From: Eledone cirrhosa
Lineage: Eukaryota
Direction of reading: 5' to 3'
DNA: 64,000 nt
Assembly (NCBI GenBank): GCA_964016885.1
Contig: OZ024741.1
Coordinates: forward strand, 124,558,001-124,622,000
In this document: positions 1-11,632 of the stretch, in pieces
How the letters are laid out: each line of letters starts with the position of its first letter
Numbering within the stretch: the first letter of the stretch is position 1
The notes under the pieces: model-generated
Told to the model about the DNA's origin: nothing
What the model saw: the letters and a program-made list of their open reading frames with translations, nothing else
Databases searched by the model: none
Translations under genes and position numbers: made by a program

Positions 1-161
1 TCATTTCATATACAGTACCGATTGTGTTGTTATTTCTGTTTACCCTTTACATACATATTATATATATATATATATATATAAAGAAAAAGAGATGAAATCG
101 AAAATGCAACTGGAGTCTTATTTTTTTTTTTTTTTTTTTAAATATATATATTTATTTGGTT

Positions 162-199
162 CCTTTACCGGTTTCGCAGTTCTTCTGCTTTTCAAAAGG
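162..199 (-). ncRNA. Minimal type I hammerhead ribozyme motif, U3-A8 core variant
   Basis: Minus strand reads CCTT-TTGAAAA-GCAG-AAGAA-CTGC-GAAA-CCGG-TA-AAGG: stem I CCTT/AAGG, stem II GCAG/CTGC, palindromic stem III ACCGGT, GUA cleavage triplet. Lies in a ~220-bp repeat fragment bracketed by (TA)n. Confidence 0.65.
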
Positions 200-298
200 T
201 GAGTTGAGATGGAGGGTCTGTGGTTTTTCTCACATCTTTATACTTTCACTCGTGTAGGACACCTCGGTTATTTTTCATTTTGTAAAAAAAAACCTCAC

Positions 299-374
<76 letters not shown>

Positions 375-404
375 CGATCGTCTCAACAGTCCCCTCTATC
401 AAAT

Positions 405-690
405 ATTCGTGTGATAGTGTTTGGATATACAATTCGGTATTCGTGCTAACCTTTACCTATGGTCATAAATTTGGGATAAATACCGAACGAATACGATCGC
501 AAATACAAGCGGCCAAAATAGACCACCCCCGAAGGGTCTTTGGAGTAACGTTACTCGTTAGAATACATATCTCGGAGATTAGAGAGTCGCTCCAGAGGGA
601 GACGCTATTTCTCCGAATCGTGATATATCTTCGATATTATGTGAATGTTATTATGCCTCAGGAAAAATTGCTAAGCTGATTTTACTTGCA
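405..690 (+). mobile_element. RTE-clade LINE 3' fragment (degenerate)
   Basis: Translation SVFVLTFTYGH..TERIRSQIQAA..RRVFGVTLL..EIRESLQ matches the RTE C-terminal region; homologous to 4670-4870. Confidence 0.7.
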
Positions 691-2274
691 AAGCCATCCG
701 ACAGAGTATCCGGAGGTGATCCCCGTGTAAGATTGTTGGATAACATCGATTACTTTGGCTGGTCTCAAATTGACGATCCAGACGGAGCAATTGCAGAGGG
801 TTGCTGCTGACAGAACCTGACAGTTTCTCTTGCGAAGCATGAGTCGAAGCGAATTTATGGTAAATAGCACTTGCTCAAGATTTCATGCAGTAGGATCTAA
901 CCAGGGACAAAATCATGCGAAAAGAACTTCTTAACCTTTCTTAAGCTGAGCTGCGCCCACTCTCTTGGGGTAGCACTAATATAATCTCAGACGTAAAGCT
1001 TTCTGATTGAGGCACAGTGCCAACTATTTGCAGGGAGAGGAAAGTTGATTAAATCGACCCCATGATACTTTGTTTTGACCCCTTAGGGATGAAAGGCATA
1101 GAGTGGTGTTTACGTCGCGTGAAAGAAAGGGGACTTCACCGAAGTGAAAACTGATAAGTATAACAAGAATAATGATTTGTTTAATATTGCTAATAACAAT
1201 AGAACAACATAATGAATTTAAACTAGAAGCAGTTCCCCAATAGTGTGGGAAGAGCACTTTATGGTAATTCCAAGGATTCCACACAAACCCCAGATTACTA
1301 TGTCACCTCGCAGGCATTGAAACATAAACCCAGTAGGCCCATTCAAAGTCGTCAACCTCGATGCACCCATCTATCGTAAAATACACAAATAAGAAGCTCT
1401 TCCTATATCCTGGGTCTACCATACAGCTTCCTTTGAGATAGCTTCCAGGCAGAGCAAGACTTGCCATCTACCAGCATCGAAATTGTTCTATGTCAGAAAT
1501 AAAAATAAGTATTCACTTTTTACACACAAATCCGTCAATATTCGGATGAACTGAAATTTAATAAATATTATCGATCATATTATTCTGCGGAAATTCATTT
1601 AATACCATCTAAAAAATTTAACGACAAATCTAAATTCCATAAAACATTAAATATGACTTCCTCGGTGATATTGCCACGGCGGTATGTTTGATTTACTTAG
1701 AGTTATGCACAAGATGAATCACCTCAGAGAAGTACATCTTAAATGTGTCACTGTTACTCATTTTGTTTATTCACTGCAAAGGCAACTATCGAATATTTGT
1801 TTGCTAACATATTGATTGATTGCAGTAAAATATTGCGAATTTGCCATATAACATAAACTATTTAAAATCTATGTAGATAATAAATTCAAACGCAATAAGT
1901 TAACCAGGCTAAAATACATAGCAAACCGCAAGGATAATATTTCTAAAATTGAGTAAAGCTTTGTGAGGTTAATAGAAATATATTTAAGCATTTCATGTCA
2001 CAGCACAAAAACCACAGTTTTCCAAATATATAAACATATGGAACATAATCGCACCATTTGAATGTGTATACGTGATATTTCTGCTCATAAATATGGCTAC
2101 CATGGAACTAAAATATAATAATTCGCTTTCTATTCCACTTGCAAAACATATCGGCAATTGGGTTTCGACTTCCACCCAATCTGATGATATTTTTCAATTT
2201 TTCAAACAATCGAACAGCCTGCTTCGCAAATCAACATACAAGTGGCTAAGAATGTCAAATGTCTATCTTTAACG

Positions 2275-2440
2275 TAGTTCTCAGGGAGAGTCAGTGTAAT
2301 ACAGAACCAGATAAACCCTGTCTTTTGAATTACAGGTACACCTCATTTGTTTTCCTTTTCACTGGATGCAGCAGGAATCGAACTTACAACATTGATTTGT
2401 AAGTCGATCACTCTAACATCTAAGCCATGTGCCTTCACAA
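2275..2440 (-). mobile_element. Degenerate tRNA-derived SINE fragment
   Basis: Reverse complement carries an A-box-like TGGCTTAGATG and a B-box-like GTTCGATTCC. Confidence 0.5.
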
Positions 2441-3639
2441 TATTTACAATATTTCATTTATGAATGTTAAATAAAAGTATAACTGAAATAAGATAAAATT
2501 ATGTCTGTCGGCTGTCTAGTTATATGAATTATAATATACGATCAAGTTTGTAGTGAAGGAAGTAGTATCTTAAAGAGATGATATTTATTGATAGGGTGAA
2601 AGTTCTAATTCTATTAAGAACGCATTATAGTTATACAAAATTCGTGTGTAATAAAGAAAGCATTTGCGATCAGGTACGGCGCCCAAAGTGAATAAACGAT
2701 GAAACATAACAGACAGACAGATCTGTATACATTACTTTATTGAATAGCGAATTTAACTTCTACTTTAACGAGGACAGTATGATAGATAATTGAATATCTC
2801 TCATATTATTTGTGCCTTAGTTTTGTTGTCGACTTCTATTTTGATTTCAATCCGTCATTATTTGCTAGGAGCAATATAGTAATAGCAATTTATTTCAGAA
2901 ATCTTCGGGTGACCCAAGGTTAAACATAGAGCAAGATGGTTGGATGACATCCATGAGTATCGTAAATCTTGCTTGGGGCCCAGTTGTATCAATTGGAGAC
3001 ATGAGTGGATGGTAGGAGTATTTGAGTATTCAGCACACACGACCACCACCCACCCCACAGTGAGCGAAGAAAAAGACTGAAATATTGTGTATGGTAAATA
3101 TTAATTACATTATAGAAATATTAATTACATTATGGAATACTCATGTACATATGTTACATTTCTGTACTGTAATTACATTTCGTTTTGATATGTGAAGGCA
3201 ACGACATCTTTGTCCAGCCATCCCACGCCTCCCAGGACAGGTTGACGGCCCATCGGCAATTTTTACGGCATGAAATGGTGACTGCAATATATTTTTTGAA
3301 TAGACCCTTCTACCTAAGGCCTAAACGCCTCCTTTGTTAACCCGCGCGAAAAACGATTGTGTATGCTTCTTTTTTAATCCTCTCACAACATTGCAGTAGC
3401 AGGAGAACTAGACCTCTTTAGAGGCGGCTTATACTCGCCTCGTCATAGCTATATCACTGAGTTTTGCGAGTTTTCTTGGGAGCTACAGGTTTCACCCATT
3501 GCTCCATCTCCCGTAGTATTCCAGCACTTTGGTCCTGGGCTGCTTATTCGTCCGGCAGCTGCCTGCTTTTATCGCATCTAACCATCATATCTGGTGGCCG
3601 TATCACTATCAGCCACCTACGACCCGTTCCCTAGCAGAA

Positions 3640-5160
3640 GAGCTCAACTAAACCATGTCACAACAGCATCTTCTGATGCACACGAGGTGCATTTAGGAGC
3701 GGTGACTAATCTCACGGCGACTGAGATCACAAGTCTAAATGTTTTAAAACCAATGGGGAAGATGAAAAACGATAAAATATTTTAAAAGCCTTAAATGGAG
3801 AAGGTTTTCTCTCGCTGACTCCTGTGAGCCGGTGGCTTAGATCTCTGGAAAGGCACCTTAGCAATGCCAATCAGGAATGAGAATTCTAATTTTCAAAAAG
3901 GGAGATAAGAGACATTGTTCCAACTACTTGTTGTGCCTCCTTGGTAAAGTCTATAATAAATGTCAGGCAAAATGATACAGGAAGAGGGTCGAGTCCAAGC
4001 TAACTGATGAACAGTATAATTTTTGCTTTGGACGTAGCACAACCAACTACATAATCACACTGCGGCAGGTTTTCGATAAATCGTGGGAGTATTGCCAAGA
4101 GGTTTATTGTTTTGTAGACCTCTAAAACACATATGACTGCGTCCCTCGGGACCAGCTGTGGAAGGTTATGAAAAGGCATGGGACAAATTGTTAGCTTGTG
4201 ATTGGCCTGCTGTCTCTATATGAATGTCCGAGTATTTTTGTTTGGAGAAATGCTGCTAAATAAAAACCACTCAAAGCGGGAATCAGATTCCACCAAGGAT
4301 GCGTACTCTCATCTCTCCTGTTCATTATTTTCATGGACAGGATTGACCAGCGCAGCCGGGTTGGAAGTTGGATCCCGTCTGGTATGTGTAAAATTAGTCA
4401 GCTGGAGTTTGTAGACGACATGTTGTTATTTAATTCGACAGAAAGTGACCTCCGACTTGATAGGTTTGATGCCATGTGCTGTAGGGCTGGAATAAAAATA
4501 TGTCGGGCGAAAACTAAGACACTCGTCCTCCTATGTTCCACTGAAGCTGGTGGAAGATTTCAAGTTTCTCGAGCCCCTGTTCACGTGTGATGGACGACAG
4601 GAGGCTGAATTTAGCGATGAATAGCATTCGGGAATCACAAGGTAGTTAGTTGTAAAAGCCGAACACGCTATCCGGTATTCGTACCAACCCTTACCTACGG
4701 TCATGAATCTTTGGTAATGACCGACGAAATACTATCGTCAAGGGTCTTTAGCGAAACGTTACTCGGTGGAATGCATAACTCGAAGATCAGACAGTCAGGT
4801 AGTGCTGATACTTTTCAGACTTTACCGATCATAGCTCCGTTACAATGGGCATGTGATTAAAATGACCCTGAAAAGAACAATATCTTATTAATAAAATACA
4901 TAATAATAACGGTAAAGAAGGTATTACTGTATATATCATATATATTATCACTGGGCAGATGTTACGGGCAAAACCAACCGGCAAGATATCCAAGGGTAAA
5001 CCCCGCGCAAGATGGCTGGATAACATCCATGAACTTGGCTGGTCTGGCTTGAAGATCTAGGATTCGTTCGAGACGTTTGCTTCTGACAGAACTTTCTGGA
5101 AATAGTGTTTCATGACTCTACCCCAACGACCCCCTCAGGAATGTGTGGGCGAAGGGGAAG
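3640..5160 (+). mobile_element. RTE-clade LINE, RT and 3' half, heavily decayed
   Basis: Broken frames give LKALNGEG, IFKKGDKRHCSNY, FVDL..YDCVPR, QGCVLS, LEFVDD and VFVPTLTYGHES, followed by an RTE-like 3' end. Confidence 0.8.
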
Positions 5161-5620
5161 AATATATAAAGGCATTGAAGTTGCAATACTTGGAAGAAAC
5201 ACGAGAGGTGTACTGATTAAAAAGTTTATTTCGCACATTAAGCATCAAGATAAAACTGTAATGTAACATATCAAATGAAACTAAACATTTTATGGAGCAT
5301 TTCAGCTCCAACATCAACGATGGAAAGTGTGGTAAAAATTACACATGTTACTTCCTATGGGAAAGAGTCCGTGCATGTGTGTGTATCGCATGTGAATTTT
5401 GATATTAACAGTAGATACTGTGTGCGTTAAAAGACACGTGCTATTTATGGATGCATTATAACGTTGATATGAAAGACAATTGTAAATATTAACGTTTTAA
5501 ACTGAATATATATAAATTCTTCTCAACAAGAAAAATGGACAAACCTGCCTCAACACTTAATGTTAAATATTTCATTTTAAATTATTTTTTAATTCTTCTT
5601 TAATTCTTTTTAATTGAAAT

Positions 5621-5676
5621 ATACAATATTTGATAAGATGGTTCATACTGATACATCGAAACCGGTTATGTTTTAT
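5621..5676 (+). ncRNA. Minimal type I hammerhead ribozyme motif, U3-A8 core variant
   Basis: AATAT-TTGATAA-GATG-(13 nt)-CATC-GAAA-CCGG-TT-ATGTT: core at 5630-5636, GAAA at 5658-5661, palindromic stem III ACCGGT, AU-rich stem I. Confidence 0.6.
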
Positions 5677-6980
5677 ATATTTTATATACATTATAAAACT
5701 ACTTTTTTTAAAGAAACTGTACCTCTCATTGTTTTAATAATGTCACTTTGACGGATCAAAGAAGAAAAAAAGAACAGATCCTTTAAATATATTTTTCGTG
5801 CTATTTCCAATACCACTTTCTCTCTTTCTCTCTTTGTATATACATATAGATATACATAGAGAGAGAGAGAGATGGAGAGATGGAGAGATAGAGAGAGAGG
5901 GAGAGAGAGAGAGTGAGAGAGAGATAGAGAGAGAGAGAGCATGGGAAAATATTATTTCACTCATAGGTTATTCGTCATTCACGAAAGGATGAAAAGTAAA
6001 ATTGACCGGGACAGCAGCCGGAACGAATACCGGAACAGTATTCGACATTCTAATGACTCTGCTGTGTCGTCTCCACATACTCTCCACTATATGTCGTAAG
6101 AAAGTCTGTAGGTATAGAATAGAGAGGAGATGTTAGATGGCTGATCTTTGCTGCTAGGACAAGAGGATATCACCAGTCAAGCTCATTATCTTGACTCAGG
6201 ACCATGAAGATAAACTGCATCTGCCATTGTTCACACTAAATCCGAGGAGAGATGATACAAATACAGGTTTTGAATTTTAGAATGTTGCATATATGTTAAA
6301 TATAAGTTAGATATAGAGTACAAAACGAAGTTACAACTGTTGTGTTTTTCTCGCCCCCCCCCCTCTCTAGATACATCTTTCTCTCTCTTTCTCTCACCGT
6401 TATCGTGTTTGACAAACAAATTAACTAGATTTTATAATTACAGAATCAGTTAATGGTTTCCTCATATGATACAAATCATCCGTTTTGATTGATAGATAGT
6501 GTCGTTAATATAATATTTAAATATTTCTACATCATTACCAGTGCCATCTTATTCTGTCTAATCAAATCAGTTCACACATCGATTACGTTAATTACTGTGT
6601 AGGATTAAATAGAATTAAAATGAATGAAGTTCGGATAAATCCAATATTTCTAATGTGAATGCAGAAGTAATGATTTTATAGTGTTCTTAATTGAATATTT
6701 GTATTGATAATTCAAATTTATGAATATTATAAACATTATTTTACTTATTGAAAGATGTGGCATGGGCCTACAATTTTTTCGACGATAAAGATTCCAATTT
6801 TTTTATGAACCAAATAGCCAGCTCATGAACTTAACGTATATGTTACTGAGCATTCCACAGACACACGTGTACACTTAAAGTATTCTAAAGGATATTACAG
6901 ATCTGTCAACTCTCCCGGTCCGATGAGGAGATCTACCACCCACTTTTGGGTGGGTGAAATATGACTCCTCTTGTAATAAT

Positions 6981-7161
6981 TGTTTCTACTTTAGACACAA
7001 GGCCAGCCATTACCCAGTGTATTACTGGTACTTTATTTTATCGACCCCGTAAGGATGAAAGGCAAAGTCAACCTCGGCGGGATTTGAACTCAGATCGTAA
7101 AGGGACGTAACTATGCTGGAAAGCATGGCGTCCGACCCTCTACCGATACTGCCAATCCACC
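6981..7161 (-). mobile_element. tRNA-derived SINE (main family), full length with TSD
   Basis: A box TGGCAGTATCGG, B box GAGTTCAAATCC, body CCTTTCATCCTTACGGGGTCGATAAAATAAAGTACCAG, 3' GGCCTTGTG..GAAACA; 9-bp direct repeat TGTAATAAT at 6972-6980 and 7162-7170. Confidence 0.9.
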
Positions 7162-7680
7162 TGTAATAATGAGTATAACTTTCATTATGTAAAATCTCCC
7201 CATTTTGCCTCATTTCTGCCCGTTCTGGGTTGTTGTTTTTTCCATGGTACTACCCGTTTGGATTTTTAGAGGTTGGCAGGTCTGACATTGAGAGTGAAAC
7301 TGCCTGGCAAGGCTAGGCTTTTGAATTACAGACATAGTATATCTGACGAGCTTTCGAGATGGCGAAGGAGGTATATTATGCTATGGTAAACGAGCCTCAT
7401 CCATGATGCCACCTCATGGGATCGAACATAGGACCGAATGGTTGTAAACCAAAACATCTTAAACATTCGGACATGCTGCGTGGACACTAAACTATAAACA
7501 AACATCCACACAGATATTTATATGCGTAGTTAACGCTGTGTAGTGAACAACATCACAATCACGTAGTTCCAACTTATGCAGCTTCATATGCAAATGAGAT
7601 TAATCACCTCATTTACACAGACGAGAAAAGTATATATTCTCGCCTCTCTTCTAGTCCAGCAGTCGCAAGCGGTGGGAGGG

Positions 7681-7724
7681 ACCGTCCTGACGATGGCCAT
7701 TTAAGCCTGAAATGCATAGATGGT
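7681..7724 (+). ncRNA. Minimal type I hammerhead ribozyme (unit 1)
   Basis: ACCGTC-CTGACGA-T-GGC-CATTTAA-GCC-T-GAAA-TGCA-TA-GATGGT: 6-bp stem I (one G-U), canonical CUGANGA/GAAA core, palindromic stem III ATGCAT, predicted cleavage after 7718. Confidence 0.75.
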
Positions 7725-8004
7725 TGTCCCCCTTGCTTCAACTGAACATCACCAGAGGGCGTTAGCCCCCCGGTGTTTGCCTAGCTACGGCTTCCTAAAA
7801 CCGTATTTCTTTGGAGATACGAAATATTTATACAAATTGTATAAAGCTATGCTTGAAGCGATATTCCTATTTCTTTTTTATTATAAGTTGAGCCAACTTA
7901 TGCAGCTTCATATGCAAATGAAATTAATCACCTCATTTACACAGACGAGAAAACTATATATTCTCGCCTGTCTTCTAGTCCAGCAGTCGCAAGCGGTGGG
8001 AGGG

Positions 8005-8048
8005 ACCATACTGATGATGGCCAGTTAAGCCTGAAAAGCATAGACAGT
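8005..8048 (+). ncRNA. Minimal type I hammerhead ribozyme (unit 2, stems I and III mutated)
   Basis: ACCATA-CTGATGA-TGGC-CAGTTAA-GCCT-GAAA-AGCA-TA-GACAGT, exactly 324 nt after unit 1. Core intact; stem I has 3 mismatches. Confidence 0.55.
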
Positions 8049-8193
8049 TGTCCCCCTTGCTTCTGCTGTACATAACCAGAGGGCGTTAGCTCCCGGTGTT
8101 TGCATAGCTACGACTTCCTAAAACAGTATTTCTTTGGAGATACGAAATATTTATACAAATTATATAAAGCTATGCCTGACGCGAAATCCTATT

Positions 8194-8235
<42 letters not shown>

Positions 8236-8239
<4 letters not shown>

Positions 8240-11200
8240 TTAAGTCGTTTGGAAGCCTCGACATTGCAAATGGGTAAATCTCCGGGTAACAAGATCCGGT
8301 GGTGGAGAGAGAGATGTAAGTGGGTGTACGTTGAGATGCGTGGTGTGTAAAGATGTGTAAATGTGTAGAAGAAAGAAGGAAGAGTATAAAGGATAAAATA
8401 AAAATAACAACACAAGAGAGAGTTACCTTGGGAGAGATTTAATAGTCCCTATATATTTCGGAGTCACATCCATCAACTGGGGTTTTTTGGGGGGTAAAGG
8501 TTGTCTGTCGGACAGGTGCGAAACGCGTCCTCCGCTGTTTGTTGTTTTGAATATCTGAGGTATTCGGCAGAGTGCGCGTGCGCGTGAAATGGGGTCGGTC
8601 GGGCAGAGGTCAGCGGCCGAATGAGGGAGTGGGGTGGCGCTAGCTGTCAGTCCATTCTCTGCCTGTTTGTTAAATGTTACTGTGTGTGTGTGTGCGTGTG
8701 TTGTTGTCTCGCTTGAGTGTGTGTGTGTGTGTGTGCGTGTGTAGTTGCCTTGTTCCTCTGTATTAGCAGTGTAGTATGTTCGTATGGTGGAATGATACTG
8801 TGTGTGTGTGTGTGTAGTTGTCTCGTTTGTGTGTGCGTGTGTTGTGTGTTGTTACATCGTTTGTTAACTTAAACCAGCCATCTCATTTCGCTTCTCTCTA
8901 ATCAGTTGTTTATTTGCGGTTGCAGGCGTTTGAGAAAAAGTGCTTCCTTGATACGTAACGTGCCGACGTTTCTTTCAGTCGCTAGAATTGTGACAATGGG
9001 CCTTCCGTCTTTGTTTCCGCATTTGTCTATGTGTTTCCGGAAAGACGAGGCCCTGGTTTTAGTGTGTTCCTTGATCCGGATGAGCAAAGGTCGGATTGTG
9101 CTAACTATGTAGCATTGGTTGCACCTGTCACATTCTATCTTATACACGACGTATGTGCGTAGGCAACAGTTCGCATGGCGTATCGGGCAGTCTCTGAGGG
9201 AGCCTGCGTCAGTAGATTTCCCGGGTTTCTTGGAGAGGCATCTTCGCAGGGAGGGGCCCGAGTGGGCCAGGTGGATGTCGAGGCCCTCCCTCCGTATAGC
9301 CTTGCGGATAGCGTTGGTGGTATTCTCGCCCAGATGTAGAATTTTAAGGAAGCACTTGCCTTGGGTGCCTCTATGTCTCATGTGTCTGGTGTCTCCTATT
9401 CTGTCTGTGATCGAGGTAGGGTACCCGTTCGTCTCCAGTACCTCGAGGAATCGCTTGGTATGAGTGTCACCACTCGCGGGATCGCTGCATCTGTTTTTGA
9501 TTCGCGCGATCTCGTTCGTGATGTATCCTCTTTTGGCACTGTTGGGGGGGGGCGGACTTGTAGTGAACGAACAGGTCCCTGCAGGCTGCCTTTCGGTATA
9601 AGTTGCAGTGGATCCTTCCCTGTTCCGTGATGTTGATTCGGAAGTCGAGGAGGGCAAGTGACCCGTCTTCGTTGGAATGTTCAACACTGAAGTCAATGTT
9701 CTCCGTGTTGTTGAACGTCTCATAGATTCTGTTCGCCGTGTCTTGGGAAGATGTGAGAATGATGATATCGTCCACGTACCTTGAGAAAAAGGCTACGGCG
9801 TTGGGGTGGCAGGCGTTGAGTGCCTTGCGTTCGAGGTTGTCCATGTAAGAGATCGCTAGCACACCTGATAGACTTGATCCCATGGGCAATCCCGAGGTTT
9901 GTTGCTATGTTTGGTCAAGGAATCCGAAGTAGGTGTTGTCGACGACGATGGATAGGAGTTGGTGGATGTCAGTGGTGGTGAGCCCGAAGCAATGTAAGTC
10001 GGTGGATTGGACGCGTTCCATCCGTATATTAACGGCCGGGAGTGCCGGGACCGAGGTGTAGAGAGCGACTACATCAAGGCTGAAGGCATATCTGTTATTC
10101 CTTCTGGCGTCGGGATCCATTTGATGCAGGCGCTTCAACACCTCCTCAGAGCTGTTAACGTGTCCCGGCAAGGTGTCTAAGATGGGTTTGCGTATTCTGG
10201 CTAGGAGCCATGACATTTTGTAGAGTGGTCCCTCCACGCTCGATACGATAGCCTGATCTTCAGGTCGGGTCTCTGTTTGTGAGTTTTCACGAGGTGGTAG
10301 AAGGCGGTTAGTCTGCTGTTCCTCGTGAGGAGGTTGTATCTCAGCTTCTTCGGGAGCTTCCGCCGGTCGCAGATGTTGGTCCAGGCGGCGTTGATGTGCT
10401 CTTCTATCTGCGCGGGAGTGATTCCCGTGACCTTGGAGTAGAGGTTGTCATCGTCAAGGTGTTGGAGGGCCAGGGTGTTGTAGGCCTCTCTGCTGATGAC
10501 GCAGAATTATTTTCCCCTGTCGGAGGGGGAGATAGATGAGGTTCTTCGGTTTTAGGTTGGAGAGAGTGGTGAGTTGAGATTTGGTGAGGTTATGTGTTGT
10601 GCGTGTGTGTTTGTGAAGTATATCCGAGATGGAGTGTTTTAGCCTGATTAGTTTAGTGTCGAGTTCGTTGTGGGTGGGTGGGGGTGGAGTGGGTTGTCGG
10701 GGTGGTAAGTGAGGAACTTGGGGTGGGTTGCGTGGGCGCTGTTATTTTCTGTGGCGCTGTTGATGGCGGTCACCCATTTAAGTTGGTAAGCGGCTCGACA
10801 AAAGTTGGCCTCGATGTTGAGTTTGAGTCTGTCGTCGAGACGTTGTGAGACGATGAACTTGGGTCCGAGGTGTAGGAGTTTCAGCTCGTCGCTCGTGAGA
10901 GTGCCGGTTAGGTCGGGGACCAGGTGCGTCGCATCGTTGAGGTATGGCTCGGTGTTGGTGGATGCGGCGGTGGCGGTTGTTAAGTTGTTGTTTCCCACGT
11001 GGTTCTGGTCCGTCTGTTCGTTAGTGTCGATGTTCTCGTTGTGGCGTTTCGACAAGATCCACTCATATTTTCGCTTGAGCCGTTTTTTCTCGTATTGGAC
11101 TCTGGAGTGGTAGCACTGGTCGATTGCTTTAGTGATTTTCAGGAGCAAGTCCCCGGGTGCTATTGGCAGTCGATGTGTCCGCTCTGAGAGTGTCCGCTTA

Positions 11201-11631
11201 TGGACGTGTAATTGGCGGTTGAGATGTCTCAGGATCTGTTTAATACACGTGCGATGTATGCGGTTAGTGGTGTTTTGAAAAGCTGGTGTATGTAGGCTTA
11301 CTGGTAAGCGGATGTTCCTGATGGTGTTGGGGATGACATCGTTTTTTAGGAAGCGTTTCAGGAAAATAATTTGACAGCCAGCGTTGGCCCATTTCTCCGA
11401 CAGTCTAAGCAGTTCCCTTACGGATGCAAACAATTCCTGGCTCAGGTGTAAGGATAAGAGAGTATTGAAGTTTGCTTGAAGCATTGTGGTATAATAAATA
11501 AATATCTTTAAGTCATTTGGAAGCCTCGACAATGCAAATGGGTAAATCTCCGGGTAACAAGATCCGGTGGTGGAGAGAGAGATGTAAGTGGGTGTACGTT
11601 GAGATGCGTGGTGTGTAAAGATGTGTAAATG
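8236..11631 (-). mobile_element. Penelope-like element, near full length, with pseudo-LTRs
   Basis: Direct repeat of 8236-8362 and 11505-11631 (3' pLTR end and partial 5' pLTR) brackets an RT + GIY-YIG ORF; the 3' end abuts (TA)n. Confidence 0.93.
8869..11484 (-). pseudogene. PLE polyprotein (reverse transcriptase + GIY-YIG endonuclease), frameshifted
   Basis: Starts MLQANFNTLL; contains LLHLGPKF, PSDRGK, FSLDVVALYTSVP, PMGSSLSG, RYVDD, LALLD, NGYP and VVYKIECDRCNQCYIVST..RIKEH..KEALFLKRLQPQIN. Split over ORFs 10648-11655, 9905-10237, 9467-9889 and 8902-9723. Confidence 0.9.
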
Positions 11632-11632
11632 C

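Larger units (their letters stand above)
7569..8197 (+). mobile_element. Tandem dimer of a 324-bp hammerhead-containing repeat (PLE pseudo-LTR / non-LTR retrozyme-like)
   Basis: Units 7569-7892 and 7893-8197 are highly similar and each carries an HHR motif; the dimer ends at (TA)n. A third partial copy lies on the minus strand at ~59494-59627. Confidence 0.8.

Noticed and set aside
6925-6970. GAGGAG..hairpin..GAAA..CTCCTC arrangement
   Set aside because: No CUGANGA between stems I and II and no valid UH; at best an unrecognisable remnant.
8500-8540. GCGAAACGCGTC half-hammerhead antisense to the PLE pLTR (mirror at ~12925-12960)
   Set aside because: The upstream core is CTGTCGG/CTGCCGG and I could not build stems I and II.
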